A DNA stretch of 64,000 nt, taken from contig JAKMXF010000365.1 of assembly GCA_024704765.1 (NCBI GenBank), forward strand, positions 994,131 through 1,058,130, read 5' to 3'. This document shows positions 12,390-24,818 of the stretch, piece by piece. Numbering within the stretch: the first letter of the stretch is position 1; each line of letters starts with the position of its first letter. The position numbers and the translations under genes were made by a program. Under the pieces are notes generated by a model. The model saw nothing but the letters and a program-made list of their open reading frames with translations, searched no databases and was not told the DNA's origin. Source of the stretch: Oopsacas minuta (Eukaryota; Animalia; Porifera).

Positions 12390-13828
12390 TTATTGTGGTT
12401 TAGATGGAGTACTGCTAGAAGCTACTTTCTTAGACTTAACAACACGTATAAATTCAGGTTTATGATATATCATCCTACCATTCTTATCCTTTGTTGCTGT
12501 CATTCCTGGTTTATCATAGCACTGACACCAATCTGCCCATTTCTTGTTGTCTTCAGCATATTTGTTGATTCCTAGTGTTACCACTTCCTGAGGGACGCTA
12601 CGACAGAGATCCAGTATATCCTCACCTAGATTCACAAGACAATTTACTTGTATTTACTTGTAGTAATCACTAACTAACCTTTAGCTCCCTCTTCCCCCTC
12701 AGTATCAGCTATTGCCTGTAGCACATCTCTAGCAGGAAGAAATGGATTGATTCCAGCTCTGAATAGAATCTCAGCTCGTAAGTAATTACCGATTCCATTA
12801 AAATAGAGCTGCTCTAGTAGAGCCTCACAGATGCAATTGTTGAATTGCTGCAAACAAATACATAATTATATGATAGAATTATCTGACCTAAACTTCATAG
12901 CATTTGTAGAGCAGAGACATACCTTAGCTTTCAGGTTAGAGAGTACATTCTTTCTGAACAGATCATACTCAGTTAAAGGATCAGGTCCTCTGTTGTCACT
13001 CCATAATTCTCCTTTCTCTGCAATATGCCACACACCCCATCCCTTCTGATCTGAGAAAAATAGGGAATGTGTTGTACAAGAAGTGATAAATTGGAGTTTT
13101 GGATATTTAGGAGCTTCTGTTGTTTTATTGAAGAATATTAGGCCTAAGAATTAAGGATAATGCATGTTATTCCCAATTAATATAATAAAAGTTTGTTAAA
13201 TTCAGGTTTCTCAAATCATGAACTGAAATTTGTTTACCAACAACTGCCCAGACAAAATTATTCAGTCATATCTAAAATTTTCATATAAATACTACTGTTT
13301 TGACATATTTGTTCCGGGAAGAAATATATTTATCTACAAGAATATTTTATGAAAATTGTCACGAATTTCACACGTTTGCCTAGTTCAAATATGCATACCT
13401 TATTTCCCTGAATAAGAGCTCATGCGTTTCTTCTTTTCGTGTGCATTTTTCTTAAACTATTAACAATTTTTGAATATATATCATTTTGGGGTACTAATGA
13501 TCCCAATTTGTGTCATATTTTTCTCGAAACATTCGTTGTGCTAAATGTTCGGTCCCTTTCTCCTTAAGATATTATCTAAACAAGAAACCCCACCTGTCAG
13601 GCTGAAATGAACTAAGAGTCTTATCTCTGCATCTGCTCCTGCTCCAATCCCGAAAAGTATTATTGCTAATTCTTTACCTCTACATTCTGATCGAATACCG
13701 AATTCATCCCATTTAATAGGAATGTTAGGGTTTTTAGCTGAAAAGTTCATTATTGAATTAAAAGTAAAATTTTCTCCAGCATCATTGATAATTTTGCAAA
13801 ACAAAGCAACTTCTCCTAATTCAGGCAT
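12390..13828 (-). CDS. NEIL1: Endonuclease VIII-like 1 DNA glycosylase, 4 exons (13828-13594, 13143-12923, 12847-12679, 12625-12390), 286 aa
   Basis: N-terminal MPE, RGKEL, RGPDPLTEY..FRKNVL.NL, H2TH motif ICEALLEQLYFNGIGNYLRAEIL, DILDLCRSVPQEVV and zincless finger PGM...DKNGRMIY. GT-AG introns of 450, 75 and 53 nt join in frame (861 nt total). Confidence 0.92.
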
Positions 13829-14373
13829 TAGCGGAATAATTCTCAAGTTTGAACTGTCCTTGTTGAGATTATTATAATTTAATACAGCTATTTATACATA
13901 AACTAAAATAGACAAGCATGCCCTATGTCACGAGCCAATTTAATTTATCTCAGGTTACCAATAAATAGATTATGTAATCCTTCACACATTTGGTCAATCT
14001 TCAAACTGATACTATTCACTATGTTGTAAATGCTAATTAGGATTTATACGTAGCTGGATAGCTGTAACTATCGATAGTTATTCGATAAAATAGGACTTAA
14101 AACAGATTTAACTTTATTGGATATTAATTTAATTATTTTGTCCAATTCGAAACACGGAGTGCCGAGTATACGAGGACACATAGCACTTGGAAGCCGTATA
14201 AATTAATAATACACTAAATACTTGCTAGTTGCTACAACCTACAAGGATGATACACGTAGAGTATACCAAATTTAATAGTTAAAGTATTAAATCTATTACA
14301 CGTACATAGATGGAATAACATGTTGTTACTGATAAATATATATACATGAAGGAGATAACTATAGAGTTGAAGT

Positions 14374-16809
14374 CTAAAACACACGTATTTTGTCCTGTTG
14401 CACAAGGACAAGATTCTCATCTATTAGAAGGACAGTGATAAATACCATGAATATAGCGAATGCTGACAGAACATGCCAGATGTCATGATCATCATAAAAG
14501 TTAAGGAAAATGCAATCATTATTCAACTCTCTTGCGACTGCAGGACTCTCCTCCCAGTGGATTGATGTTTGTCCCCAGAAGTACAGTGCGAAAGCCCACA
14601 ATGCAAACGTCAATATCATCATCAACAATACGCACACGAACACGAATGGACGATGAAGAAATTCCTTCTTCGCAAACTTCTGAATCCAATAGTACAGAGT
14701 GTACAATAGCACATGGAGAATGAAGAGGTAGAAAATTGCAGAGGAGACTGTATCCAACAAATCTGGAATCCATAGAAGCGTTAATACAATGAGTGACAAA
14801 ACTAAAACAATGTAACACAAGAATATTCTAGACTTGTTATACAGAGGCCAAAATAATTGTCTCAATACTCGCAAAATGCTCTTATGATTCAACCAATCTT
14901 TATAATAGTAGTAGGGCAAGTTGCTGAGAAATAAATTATAAATCAGATAGATCTCGACCAATGTAAATACGATCAGTGCCAAGGTTAATATTATCCTTCC
15001 GGGGAAGTTGTCGTTATCCTGTCTGAATAGCGTTACATATGTGAAGAAAACAGCTATGGAAAGCATCACGAATATAGCAAAAGGGTATATTGTAGCTTCA
15101 GGGTTTCTATTTTTGTACAATCTTATGAATAACATAGTAGCGATGATATACATGAACGTAGTGTCGAACTGGTAATTAGTCAATGAGGGACAGAGATGAT
15201 AGACGCAACTCATAATGCCTTCAAAGAATAGAGCAAGAGCTAAACTATAATACAAGCCAAATACCTGTGGAATACCTGTAGTAGACAGACCATGAGATTT
15301 CAGTTCTCTCATAAAAGAAATATTCTTGATAACAACAATAATGAAAAAGAGGAAACTCAGCAGAAAATAGCTAACATTACTCCAAATGCTGTTAAATGCA
15401 AGAATGGAATTCAGCTCATGAGCACATTTGTAGTTGAAATAGCATATATCCTGGATGCCTGTTGTCCTAACTGCTTCATGATTGAGGTAAACTACCTGTA
15501 ATCCAGGAATAAAGTAGAATACGCCAACGATTATAACAAGGAAAATGTACATTACAGCATTTCTATTCAAATATCTCAGAGGGCTTAAGTTTAAATCGCT
15601 CAATGCAATTTCCTTCTCGTTTATAATATTGTAGTAGTAAGCTCCTCTCACACGATTATTTAACACTCCGTTTGAAATACTACTCTTATACATTTCAAGA
15701 TAGTCACTACTCGATCCTGCAGGATTTTCAACTGAAGATTCCATTTGTTGATCTAAGGTGATAGATTGCATTTCACCTGTTTCTGCTACCTCTTGCAATT
15801 CAACATGCTTCTGTTCACTCACATTATCATTGTCTTCATGTGCTCTAGAAATAGGAATTCTTAAAAATAGAGAGAAATGCTTCATTAATTTCGGGAAAAA
15901 CCTCGCAATTATCAACTCAAATCCTATAATAAATGCAAACAGCACATATGCTAAGAAGAAGATTGCGGGCATGACAAGGATGGGGACCCAGAATTCAGTA
16001 CTCCCCGCGTTGACCACTAGGGATATATTCTTTTGGAAATGAGGTGACGAGATGTTCGTAGAAAACTCAACAGAGGTTTGGCATTCAATGGCTGGCAGAG
16101 GTATGAGGAACACAGCCATGCGACCTTCTAGGAAGTCTGAGCGTCTCACTCTGAGATCTGCTACTCCCCTCATAGTCATTTCATAGTCAGGAATTTGTCT
16201 GCTGGAGCGTTTGGTAAAATCTGGAGGGCATGAGAAGCTAGCAATTCTTACAAGAGAACAAAGTTCTGAAACAGAATTCAGATGCACTTCTACAATTGGT
16301 ATATCAAAAGGAATATCCAAAACAAAATAAGCCGAAAAGGAGGAAGAAATTGAAGTAGTAGCTTGTTGATCTATCTGTATTTGGTTGGGATAAAACCTTG
16401 AAACTTTTAACTTATATCGTATTGGATTCACGGAAAAGGTTTGTACTCTAACTGTAATAAAATTTACAGTATTATTCAGTTGAGAGGGACAAGCTGTTCT
16501 AGAAGTTGTTGTTATTATCTCATCGGGGATTGAATAGAAGGTTGTAGGAAGCGACCAAGCTTCTACATAAGACTGATGGGAAGCGTATATTTCTATGGGA
16601 GATGTGGTATCGTTAGAAAACACAGCTGTTTCGATTCGAAACGATTGAACAGGGAAGGAAAATTCGTAGATATGGATAGAATTATTAGAAATGACTGCAG
16701 CATACTCTTTATCAATTGAACCTATGATGGTATCTGACAATATAACTGAACTACATATCTGTATTATGCTCAAAAGGAAGCAGGAAATAATACACACATA
16801 TGCCTTCAT
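14374..16809 (-). CDS. SIDT: SID-1 transmembrane family protein (SIDT1/2-like), 811 aa, single exon
   Basis: Signal peptide, large ectodomain and multiple TM helices. Conserved CYFNYKCAH, FNSIWSNVSY, GIMSCVYHLCPS..NYQFDT, CIFLNFYDDHDIWH and C-terminal DKIRVF. First ATG is 16809 (the track start is TTG). Confidence 0.95.
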   Translation of the reverse strand: MKAYVCIISCFLLSIIQICSSVILSDTIIGSIDKEYAAVISNNSIHIYEFSFPVQSFRIETAVFSNDTTSPIEIYASHQSYVEAWSLPTTFYSIPDEIITTTSRTACPSQLNNTVNFITVRVQTFSVNPIRYKLKVSRFYPNQIQIDQQATTSISSSFSAYFVLDIPFDIPIVEVHLNSVSELCSLVRIASFSCPPDFTKRSSRQIPDYEMTMRGVADLRVRRSDFLEGRMAVFLIPLPAIECQTSVEFSTNISSPHFQKNISLVVNAGSTEFWVPILVMPAIFFLAYVLFAFIIGFELIIARFFPKLMKHFSLFLRIPISRAHEDNDNVSEQKHVELQEVAETGEMQSITLDQQMESSVENPAGSSSDYLEMYKSSISNGVLNNRVRGAYYYNIINEKEIALSDLNLSPLRYLNRNAVMYIFLVIIVGVFYFIPGLQVVYLNHEAVRTTGIQDICYFNYKCAHELNSILAFNSIWSNVSYFLLSFLFFIIVVIKNISFMRELKSHGLSTTGIPQVFGLYYSLALALFFEGIMSCVYHLCPSLTNYQFDTTFMYIIATMLFIRLYKNRNPEATIYPFAIFVMLSIAVFFTYVTLFRQDNDNFPGRIILTLALIVFTLVEIYLIYNLFLSNLPYYYYKDWLNHKSILRVLRQLFWPLYNKSRIFLCYIVLVLSLIVLTLLWIPDLLDTVSSAIFYLFILHVLLYTLYYWIQKFAKKEFLHRPFVFVCVLLMMILTFALWAFALYFWGQTSIHWEESPAVARELNNDCIFLNFYDDHDIWHVLSAFAIFMVFITVLLIDENLVLVQQDKIRVF

Positions 16810-17491
16810 TATATATGTAATGTCCAATTTCTAACTATTTTTTCTAATGTTTTATAGGGAAAAATTAATTGATTAGTTGGTTGGCATATAAATACACGTA
16901 AGTATAAAATTTAATTCGTTTTGGTTGTGTTCTGATAAATTAAAAGATAACTACATTTTTATCTTCATACAGCAATTAATATCCTTAGCTGGAAATGCCA
17001 GCAATCTTCATTTTAATTAATGAATCAAAGAAATTAGAAATAATTACGTCTTGTGGCTGTATTTACTAGAATATTCATACTTTTAACCGATTACGGTCGA
17101 AGTGTCACTTTCGTAACGAAAAGGAACACTCAAAGTTTACCACTTACTTATTTAACCAATTCCCCTACCTAAATTGAGATTTCAGCACCTTTTTCGTAAG
17201 AATGTGACAGTTCGACGTAATCGGGTTATAGTAGAGTAATTTTGAAAATTGCTGTGTCATGAAGCAGTCATTTTAGAAGGAATTTTGCGACGTTGCCATA
17301 GCAAAAACATTTTCAAAAATACGAGAGCTTCGCTCCGTCACTTTTTTGAGAAATTACTTCTCAAATCTATTCAGTAATTAGCTCCCACTTATATCTAATT
17401 TATTCGAAAAATCCTGGTTATCAAAAATTTCGAAAAAAACGCTAATTGAAATTCACCCATTTTGCAATTTAGAAACTAAAATTAATAGGAA

Positions 17492-18557
17492 CATAGCCTA
17501 CTAAACATAAGGCCTAACAGTAACTCGAATTTTTGGCACCAGGGATGCAGTATTAGCTGAAAGCATTTATAGACATAGTTTCTTCATTGCAGAAAAATGT
17601 ATTTTTGGCTGAATAAATGTATTACATTTTTGTAGAACAGCAAATTTTACACAAATAAATGGTAAAAACTTTGAGGAATGTGTAAAAATATGTGTCTAGT
17701 AAGCATTTATTTTGTAAAATATATCATTCTTTGATGCTTTGTAGAACGTTAAATATTGCATTTATCAACTCAAAGTGAATAAATGAAATGATCTATAGAT
17801 CCTTTTATACAAAATGTCAAAAATTTGTCATTCAAAAGTTGGCTCGTTGTTGAGTTAAAGTAGAGACCATGGATGGCAATTTTTTATGAATATTCAATTA
17901 TAACTCGAGAATCATTAAAATTATCATAAAATCAAGATAGTCAATTTATATTATTTATCCGACTTCCCATACCCTTGCAATATATTTTGATATGATATCT
18001 CTCACCAATGTGACGATGCCCATATATGGTCATTTTCAATATTCTGCAATACTCTTCAATTATTTCATATCAAAATATATTGCAAGGGTATGGGAAGTCG
18101 GATAAATAATATAAATTGACTATCTTGATTTTATGATAATTTTAATGATTCTCGAGTTATAATTGAATATTCATAAAAAATTGCCATCCATGGTCTCTAC
18201 TTTAACTCAACAACGAGCCAACTTTTGAATGACAAATTTTTGACATTTTGTATAAAAGGATCTATAGATCATTTCATTTATTCACTTTGAGTTGATAAAT
18301 GCAATATTTAACGTTCTACAAAGCATCAAAGAATGATATATTTTACAAAATAAATGCTTACTAGATACATATTTTTACACATTCCTCAAAGTTTTTACCA
18401 TTTATTTGTGTAAAATTTGCTGTTCTACAAAATGTAATACATTTATTCAGCCAAAAATACATTTTTCTGCAATGAAGAAACTATGTCTATAAATGCTTTC
18501 AGCTAATACTGCATCCCTGGTACTTTTACTGTTAGGCCTTATATTTAGTAGTCTATG
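17492..18557. repeat. Long near-perfect palindrome (about 500-bp arms, 69-bp spacer 17996-18064), foldback/TIR-element derived
   Basis: 18065-18521 is the reverse complement of 17538-17995 with only a few substitutions/indels. Similarity continues outward across an indel. Confidence 0.95.
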
Positions 18558-19339
18558 GCGTACGGTAATTATTTTACTAATAAATACCAATATTATCGAA
18601 AAACCCACAAATCCCATGAAATGAACCATGATCCGTATTAACTTAGCACAAAAACGCAATAGAAAGACTATTTAAATAAACTCATAAAAATGGTTAACAA
18701 ATATGACTTATTTTGTGTTCGCATACACTTTTTGAAGGAATATCTTCGATTTTCTAGGATTGAATTATTAATGCTGTTTTTACGGCGAATATCACTAAAA
18801 TGATTATTTAACGGGTGTTTATGAAAATGAAGATCATCTTTTGGTTACTTTAACTAACATTTAACAAGTAGAAGGCATTTTGATAAAAAGGATTAGTTGA
18901 AGTTTTGAGAATTTCTGAAAAAATTACCATATATGGGCATCAACTTTGATTGCGTCATTGTGGTTAAAATAACTTGGAAAGCAGGTTCAAAAGTAGTCTA
19001 GATGTCTCCGCCGTATATGGAAACCGACATACAGTCGAATTTGTATTGATAACTGCAATACTTCATTATCAAAGAGAATATATTCAATGGAACTTATTTT
19101 GGCAATTCTTTGCTTAGCTATCCGTGTATATTCCCGTGTCAGGCCATGATCTACATAGTTTTTCATGGATCATATTGTCACACCTATTTGCATATTTTGT
19201 AAATCATGCCTGTGATTTCGTTTCCAAAGGAGGTAATTGCATGAAAATTATTGGAATCTTATCTATAGCTTAAGGACGAATAAAATATTGAATATCCTAA
19301 AATATTTCTCAGATCCTGGAGCCTAAAATCAGTTGGGGT

Positions 19340-20021
19340 CAGTACCGGATTTAGGAGTGTTCGGAGTGTGCGGTCGAACCTCCACATTTAGGGGCCTCCA
19401 CAACTCAACGTCATTAATTTTGTACACACTGTAATTCTACTTTAAACACTTTCGAGTAGAATTACAGTTAATCACTTTTTCTGACCTTATTAATGATTTT
19501 GCGTCCAGAAAAGCACGCAGAGTGATCTTATAGAGCAGGGGTCTTCAAACGTTTTGCTTTGAGAGCCACTTTATGACTTTTGATCATAATCCCGAGCCAT
19601 ATGAAAATTCGAAAGACTTGATGAAATTGTTTACCATAACACGAATTGATATTTCAATTTATATATCACAGTACTAAATAGAGCCTCAGTGAAAATCAAA
19701 CAAATGCAATTCTAGCAAATTTAACAATGCAACTGTATACACAGAATATAGTTATTGTATATTCATGATATATTTGTGCAACTAAATAATTGGAGGTCAT
19801 GACAAGTCCTGCCATGCTATCACTGGGCGATTTGGGCCTTCGGCTAGGGCGGTACTACTTATAGGGTTGAATTTTACATATGCAAATTTTGAATACAATA
19901 AACACAAGCATTCTAAATTGAGGAATGGGGACAGGTAGGCGAACCATGATGGCTTTGAATTGGCTTCAGGGGCCCGGGAATTGCCCTCGAACAGGCCCTC
20001 CACATACCTAAATCCGGCACT
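19340..20021. mobile_element. hAT-type MITE (CAGTRCCGGATTTAGG TIRs), with a second hAT-type end (CAGGGGTCTTCAAAC, ~19536) inside
   Basis: 15/16 inverted match between 19340-19355 and 20006-20021. No clear 8-bp TSD. Confidence 0.55.
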
Positions 20022-20367
20022 GGCGCATTGCGGATTTGCGGTATCTACACGGGTGAGGGTCAGGGGGCGTGCCTGGCCTGAAAAGAATATAAACAAATTA
20101 TTATCCCAGAGCTGCACTACCAGTTTGTCGGCTGGACATTTTTATTTTATTGGGTTTTGTATTAAAATTCGTGATTTTCTACCCGCGGCAATTATCGACT
20201 TCTCAGAAGCAGGATTGCCAGCCCAATTCAATCGAACAAATTTTCTAATCCTGATTGCTACTATTTTCATTCGATTGGATTGTCAGATCGGATTATTGAT
20301 TGTTAACCTCATTTCACTTCAACATATAAGTCGACTAAGATTTAGTCTTTATGTGTATGTGTGTTAG

Positions 20368-23300
20368 ATGTCTTATCCCTCTGATCAGACAGGAGAGGGA
20401 TCTCAATGGAACGGGACTGCTCTCTTAGCTCAATCCGGGAACAAACGTATGATTATAACTCCATCAGCTCGCGCTTCTTTGAAATCAATGGATCAACGTG
20501 TAGGAGCTCATGAAATGCTGGACGACACTACTTCTATAACTTCTGGTATTAGTATTACTAGCCAGGGAATACTAGCTGGTAATGTATACAGAGTAGGAGG
20601 TCTAACACGTGAGCTTGTAGAGAGACTTCAGGAATCTGAGAGAGAAGGGTCACTAGCAGCTCTCCCTCCGAACATTGATTATATTGAGTTGAAACCTGGA
20701 GATGCTCCTCCTAAGGGATTTGCTTGGGAAGCTCATTCAAAAAAGAAAGGTACAAATTTTACTGTTAACTGCATAGAACTTTAATGTATTAGAAATTACT
20801 GTATTGCTCTGAATAAGCGCGCGCTATGTTTATTCAGGGAAGTACAGTATGTTCTTTCTCAGAAAGCAATTGAAAGATTTAGTGAAGAATTTATTCCATT
20901 ATTTCCTATTGAAAGGAAATAGTTAGTTACTTTTGGAGATGTTTCTTATCAAGATAACGTTGCACCCCTATCTCCGGTTGTTGCTAAAACACGAGACTGG
21001 ACGGATAGCTGGGGTATCCCGGGGAATGACTCATACTTGGGAGGATTTAGTAACATACTTTGTGGATAACCTTCTTCCCGCAGCGACCTAGCAAGCGAAG
21101 CAAACTAGTATCACTCAATATACTAATGAATTATTCTACACAATTTGCACCCAAATCAGTGAATATAACATTCATATTACTGGTCATTAATTAACAATCT
21201 TAAATAATATTATTTGCATTCCAATCATTTGAAGTGGTATAATAAGCAACCTACTGTAATTATCAGAAAATTCAAATACTGATATATACTGATTGAATTA
21301 TTCACTGTTTCTGGTCAGCAGATATTTCAAATAATTACAAATCGGTTATGATGCTATCCATATCCATACTCTTATACAAATATCAGTTAGAAATATACCT
21401 TCATATTCTATCTTATCATTTTATTGGTGAGAAGCTTAATCGGATAGGTTATGTCACTCAAATATTATAATTCTTAATTTTATACATTTAGATTACTTAT
21501 TCCAACACCGCGGGGCCAAATCTTATGCATAATAAGGAGATTCCATCTTAAGCGATATTTAGTACAAATCTTATAAGGTTTATTTATTGGGATCAGCGGC
21601 TTGGTAATTATAAGTAATTACTAGCAAACTGACTTTGTTCTTACACGATGCTAGCCAAATAATCTTACTAAATATTAATAGATGTTAGGATAGTGGTTTG
21701 CCAAAATAGAAGTAGGGGGAGGCGCTCCCTATTCAAGTTGTCCTTTTTCTTAAAATCTCGGTGAAACCGGCTCTCAGGGATATAATTAGGGCGCCCCCCC
21801 CACTTCGGTTTTTGGCAAAGCACCATTGCTGCTGTTAGATATTTTTCACACCACATACTGCATTCCTGTTTATGAGGATAATATTTCCTAGATTTTACCA
21901 TGGATGAGATATTCCTTATAACGAATATACTATACCATAGTTTATATCACATGTGGGCCTCGGTGTTCGTTTGAAAAGGGCATGAATGCAGCCCAAAGAA
22001 ATTTTCTGACACTTTTAGCCTTCATTGACTTGAGATAAGTATATTTTTTTCTTCCATATACAACCCTACCTTTCTATAACGGCTTTGTAATCCAAGTAAA
22101 TATTTAATTGCAATTACACTTGAATTATTATTCAACACCTTATATTCTATAGACTTGTACAGTTGTATATATTTGTTCTTTTTATTATTCCAATAATGTT
22201 TAGTAATGTTGTTGGTTTCAGATTTCTCGTATTCTGGTGTAGTGTCAAGTTTAAATAGACACATTTGGTTTCTCTTTTCGTGCTACTACAAGCATTGAAA
22301 CGGACTTCGAGCGCATTATGAAGAGTAATGACTGAATTTGACAAATTTAATATTAAAAAGACTATGTATTTCGGGGACTTAGAATGGCTTATTTTGTAAT
22401 AAACTGAAAAGACTTGCAAGTTCACTTTTATACAATCATGGTAGTAGAAAACATCCTCAAGTTTTGCGGCCCTCCAAGTCGGCTGCAAATTTCACTGCGG
22501 CCCAAAAGCTAACATTTGTGCCCACCCCTGGTCTCTATGCTATATCATTACTTCTTTCTTAGGAAAACCGCGCATAAACCTAATCCCTGAGAGTATTCGT
22601 AAGATAGCTGGTATTCGTAGTGTCTCTGAGAAATCTCTCGCTGCTCTAGGCCCCTCACTACTGGAGGAGGGAGATACAGACAGTGCACCTTGGGATAGCA
22701 ATACCAAACAAATGTTTCTGAGACAAGTGGAGATTTGGAAGGCGCCAGGAGACACTTTAGGATTTTACGTGAGTAGAGGAGATGGTCATGAACGGAGTGA
22801 TGGAGTGTTTCTCTCTCGTCTGGTGTTAGGTAGCTATGTTGAAAGACTGGGACTACTTCAGGTGGGAGACGAGATCTTAGCTATCAATGGTATTCCTGTA
22901 GGGGACATGCCTCTACAGAATGTTGTTATGTTATTGAAGTATGTGCAGAGGCTGGAACTCACGGTGAAGGTCAGTTTATACTAATACATTATAACAAGTG
23001 GGTGGGGCACAGGTTATTAAACTAGGTATACTTACATTAATGAGGTCAGGCACACTCAATTTCAGGTGAAGCACAGGCCCCACCCTCCCGCCGTCTCTGA
23101 ATATAACTTATTAATATTATCACCATATTCATATTAATTACCTCGCTTGATAGCCGAGACAGTCAACTCGAAAGCTAGAATATCAATAATATCTCAATTA
23201 CTGTATCATAATTCTATTTGTGTAAACTGGTGCATACTAGCTTGGCTAATTTGTTAGACTACATGTCTGCTTAATATACCGGTACCGGCGGGACGTATAA

Positions 23301-24818
23301 CAAAGATGACATAAATGATTCAGAGGGCATAAATACATACGTACCTTACTTAATTAAGTATACCTAATTAGTTGTAGTTGGACTTGAAGGTGTTGGTGTA
23401 ATTTGGGTTATGTCGTGTAATATTTTGCGGAACTCCTACTAATCTTGCTAATACAGATATTAATACAGTATAAATGTATAGGTATCAGACAAATTATGGT
23501 TTGTATTTAGAAGGTATTACTATGGTATGTACTGCTCTTTACAAATCTATACAGTTATTGTATACACAATATTACTGTATATAGGCACTCCATGGTTCCA
23601 TTGAATACATTAAACACCACTCTAGTATTTTCCTTAATGATTGGGTTAATGCAGTGGTTCCCAACCTGGGGTCCATGGACCCTTTGGCGGTCCACGGGCG
23701 AAAATGGTTATAACCGCTGGGTTAATGGATATTCTCCACTATATCAATCTATATTATTAAAACTCAATTATTGTGTGTTTTTGGCAGTGAAATCAATGGA
23801 CAAAATACCCCGATTTCAACTGTATTTATAACGATTTTCTCACACCTCATGAGAGGATTTGTAATAATAATTATGCTATGACTGTATATTACCAATATAG
23901 GCTCCTTCAGGCTGGTCACATCTCTACAGGAAGTTTAACAAACGTCCTAAACCCTCAAGGAAGGCTCCACCTGTACCTAGTGCTCCTTTCAACCATTCCA
24001 AACCTATCCTCACTCCATTTGCTCCTGTCTCAGATAAATCTAGACCTACTCATCCTCATCCCCAGCTCGTACCATTTCCTTCTGTGTCTGCTCCCGTCGA
24101 TTCTAGACAGAGATCTTCTAGCTCTACGGACCCTCCCACAGAGCCTATAGTACCACCCTCCGGTATAATGCCCATTCACTCACGAGGTTTCTCAGATATT
24201 TCCATGCCTAATCCTGTCTCATACCGACCTGTGGAATCAGATTTCTTAGCTGTTGCAGATCACCAGCACTCTCTATCTTCCACTGGTAAATTCCAATACA
24301 CCGGTCGGGTTAATAAGCACTATTTGCATCGGGAACCTGAACACTTATTGAATGCAGAACAGCTGGAGTTCATGGCCCAGCTGGAGAGAGAGGAACATCT
24401 ATTCGAATCAGAGGATACAACACAAGATACTCAGCATGTATTTGTAGATCATGCTAATATTGATGTAAGTTGTTTGCCTGTAGTCCTCCCCCTGGATGTC
24501 ACAGATGTCATACCTGTCATACCTGTCATTAAGTCGGATGATTCTACTCACACTGATACTGAGCAGGATTTGGATTCCACACCTCCTCTCCTTCAGCTGT
24601 TTCCTCCTGACCACATTGATACAGACCAGGAGTCTGTTCCAACCACAGAAGTAATTGACTCAGAATCTAACCCTGACTTTGAGCGTGCAGACACACCTAG
24701 TATTGTTTCTATCAACTTATCCAGAGAAGGTTCAATTGTAGAACTCCCTCCTCTACACGATCAGTTGGCAGATGTACCACAGGATGATCAACTGCTTCCG
24801 AAAATATATATCAAATGA
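20368..24818 (+). CDS. Syd-1/RhoGAP100F-like PDZ protein lacking C2 and RhoGAP domains; predicted exons 20368-20749, 20954-21049, 22563-22969, 23901-24818; 600 aa
   Basis: All three GT-AG introns are phase-consistent (1,1,0) and give a 1803-nt ORF. The PDZ (VEIWKAPGDTLGFYVSRGDGHERSDGVFLSRLVLGS...LLQVGDEILAING) and the upstream block ILAGNVYRVGGLTRELVERLQESE resemble Drosophila Syd-1 as I recall it. The C-terminal exon is Pro-rich then acidic. Confidence 0.75.
22250..22532 (+). mobile_element. hAT (SPIN/Buster/Charlie-like) 3' remnant inside intron 2
   Basis: Frameshifted C-terminal peptide HLVSL/RATTSIETDFERIMKSND*, followed by a Charlie-type end (tgcggccc...tgcccacccctg). Confidence 0.5.

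Noticed and set aside
14519-16042. Short overlapping ORFs within SIDT
   Set aside because: Alternative-frame or antisense by-products of a long coding region.
17492-18557. Palindromes (also 49295-50212) as assembly fold-back artefacts
   Set aside because: The arms carry substitutions and indels, and the second has TE-like termini. Not fully excluded without reads.
21500-21901. ORF 21668-21901 and possible degenerate hAT C-terminal peptide in intron 2 of the PDZ gene
   Set aside because: Too many stops and frameshifts to support a call by eye.
23878-24150. ORF in a different frame from exon 4 of the PDZ gene
   Set aside because: The phase-0 acceptor at 23900 selects the frame continuing into the 24084-24818 ORF.
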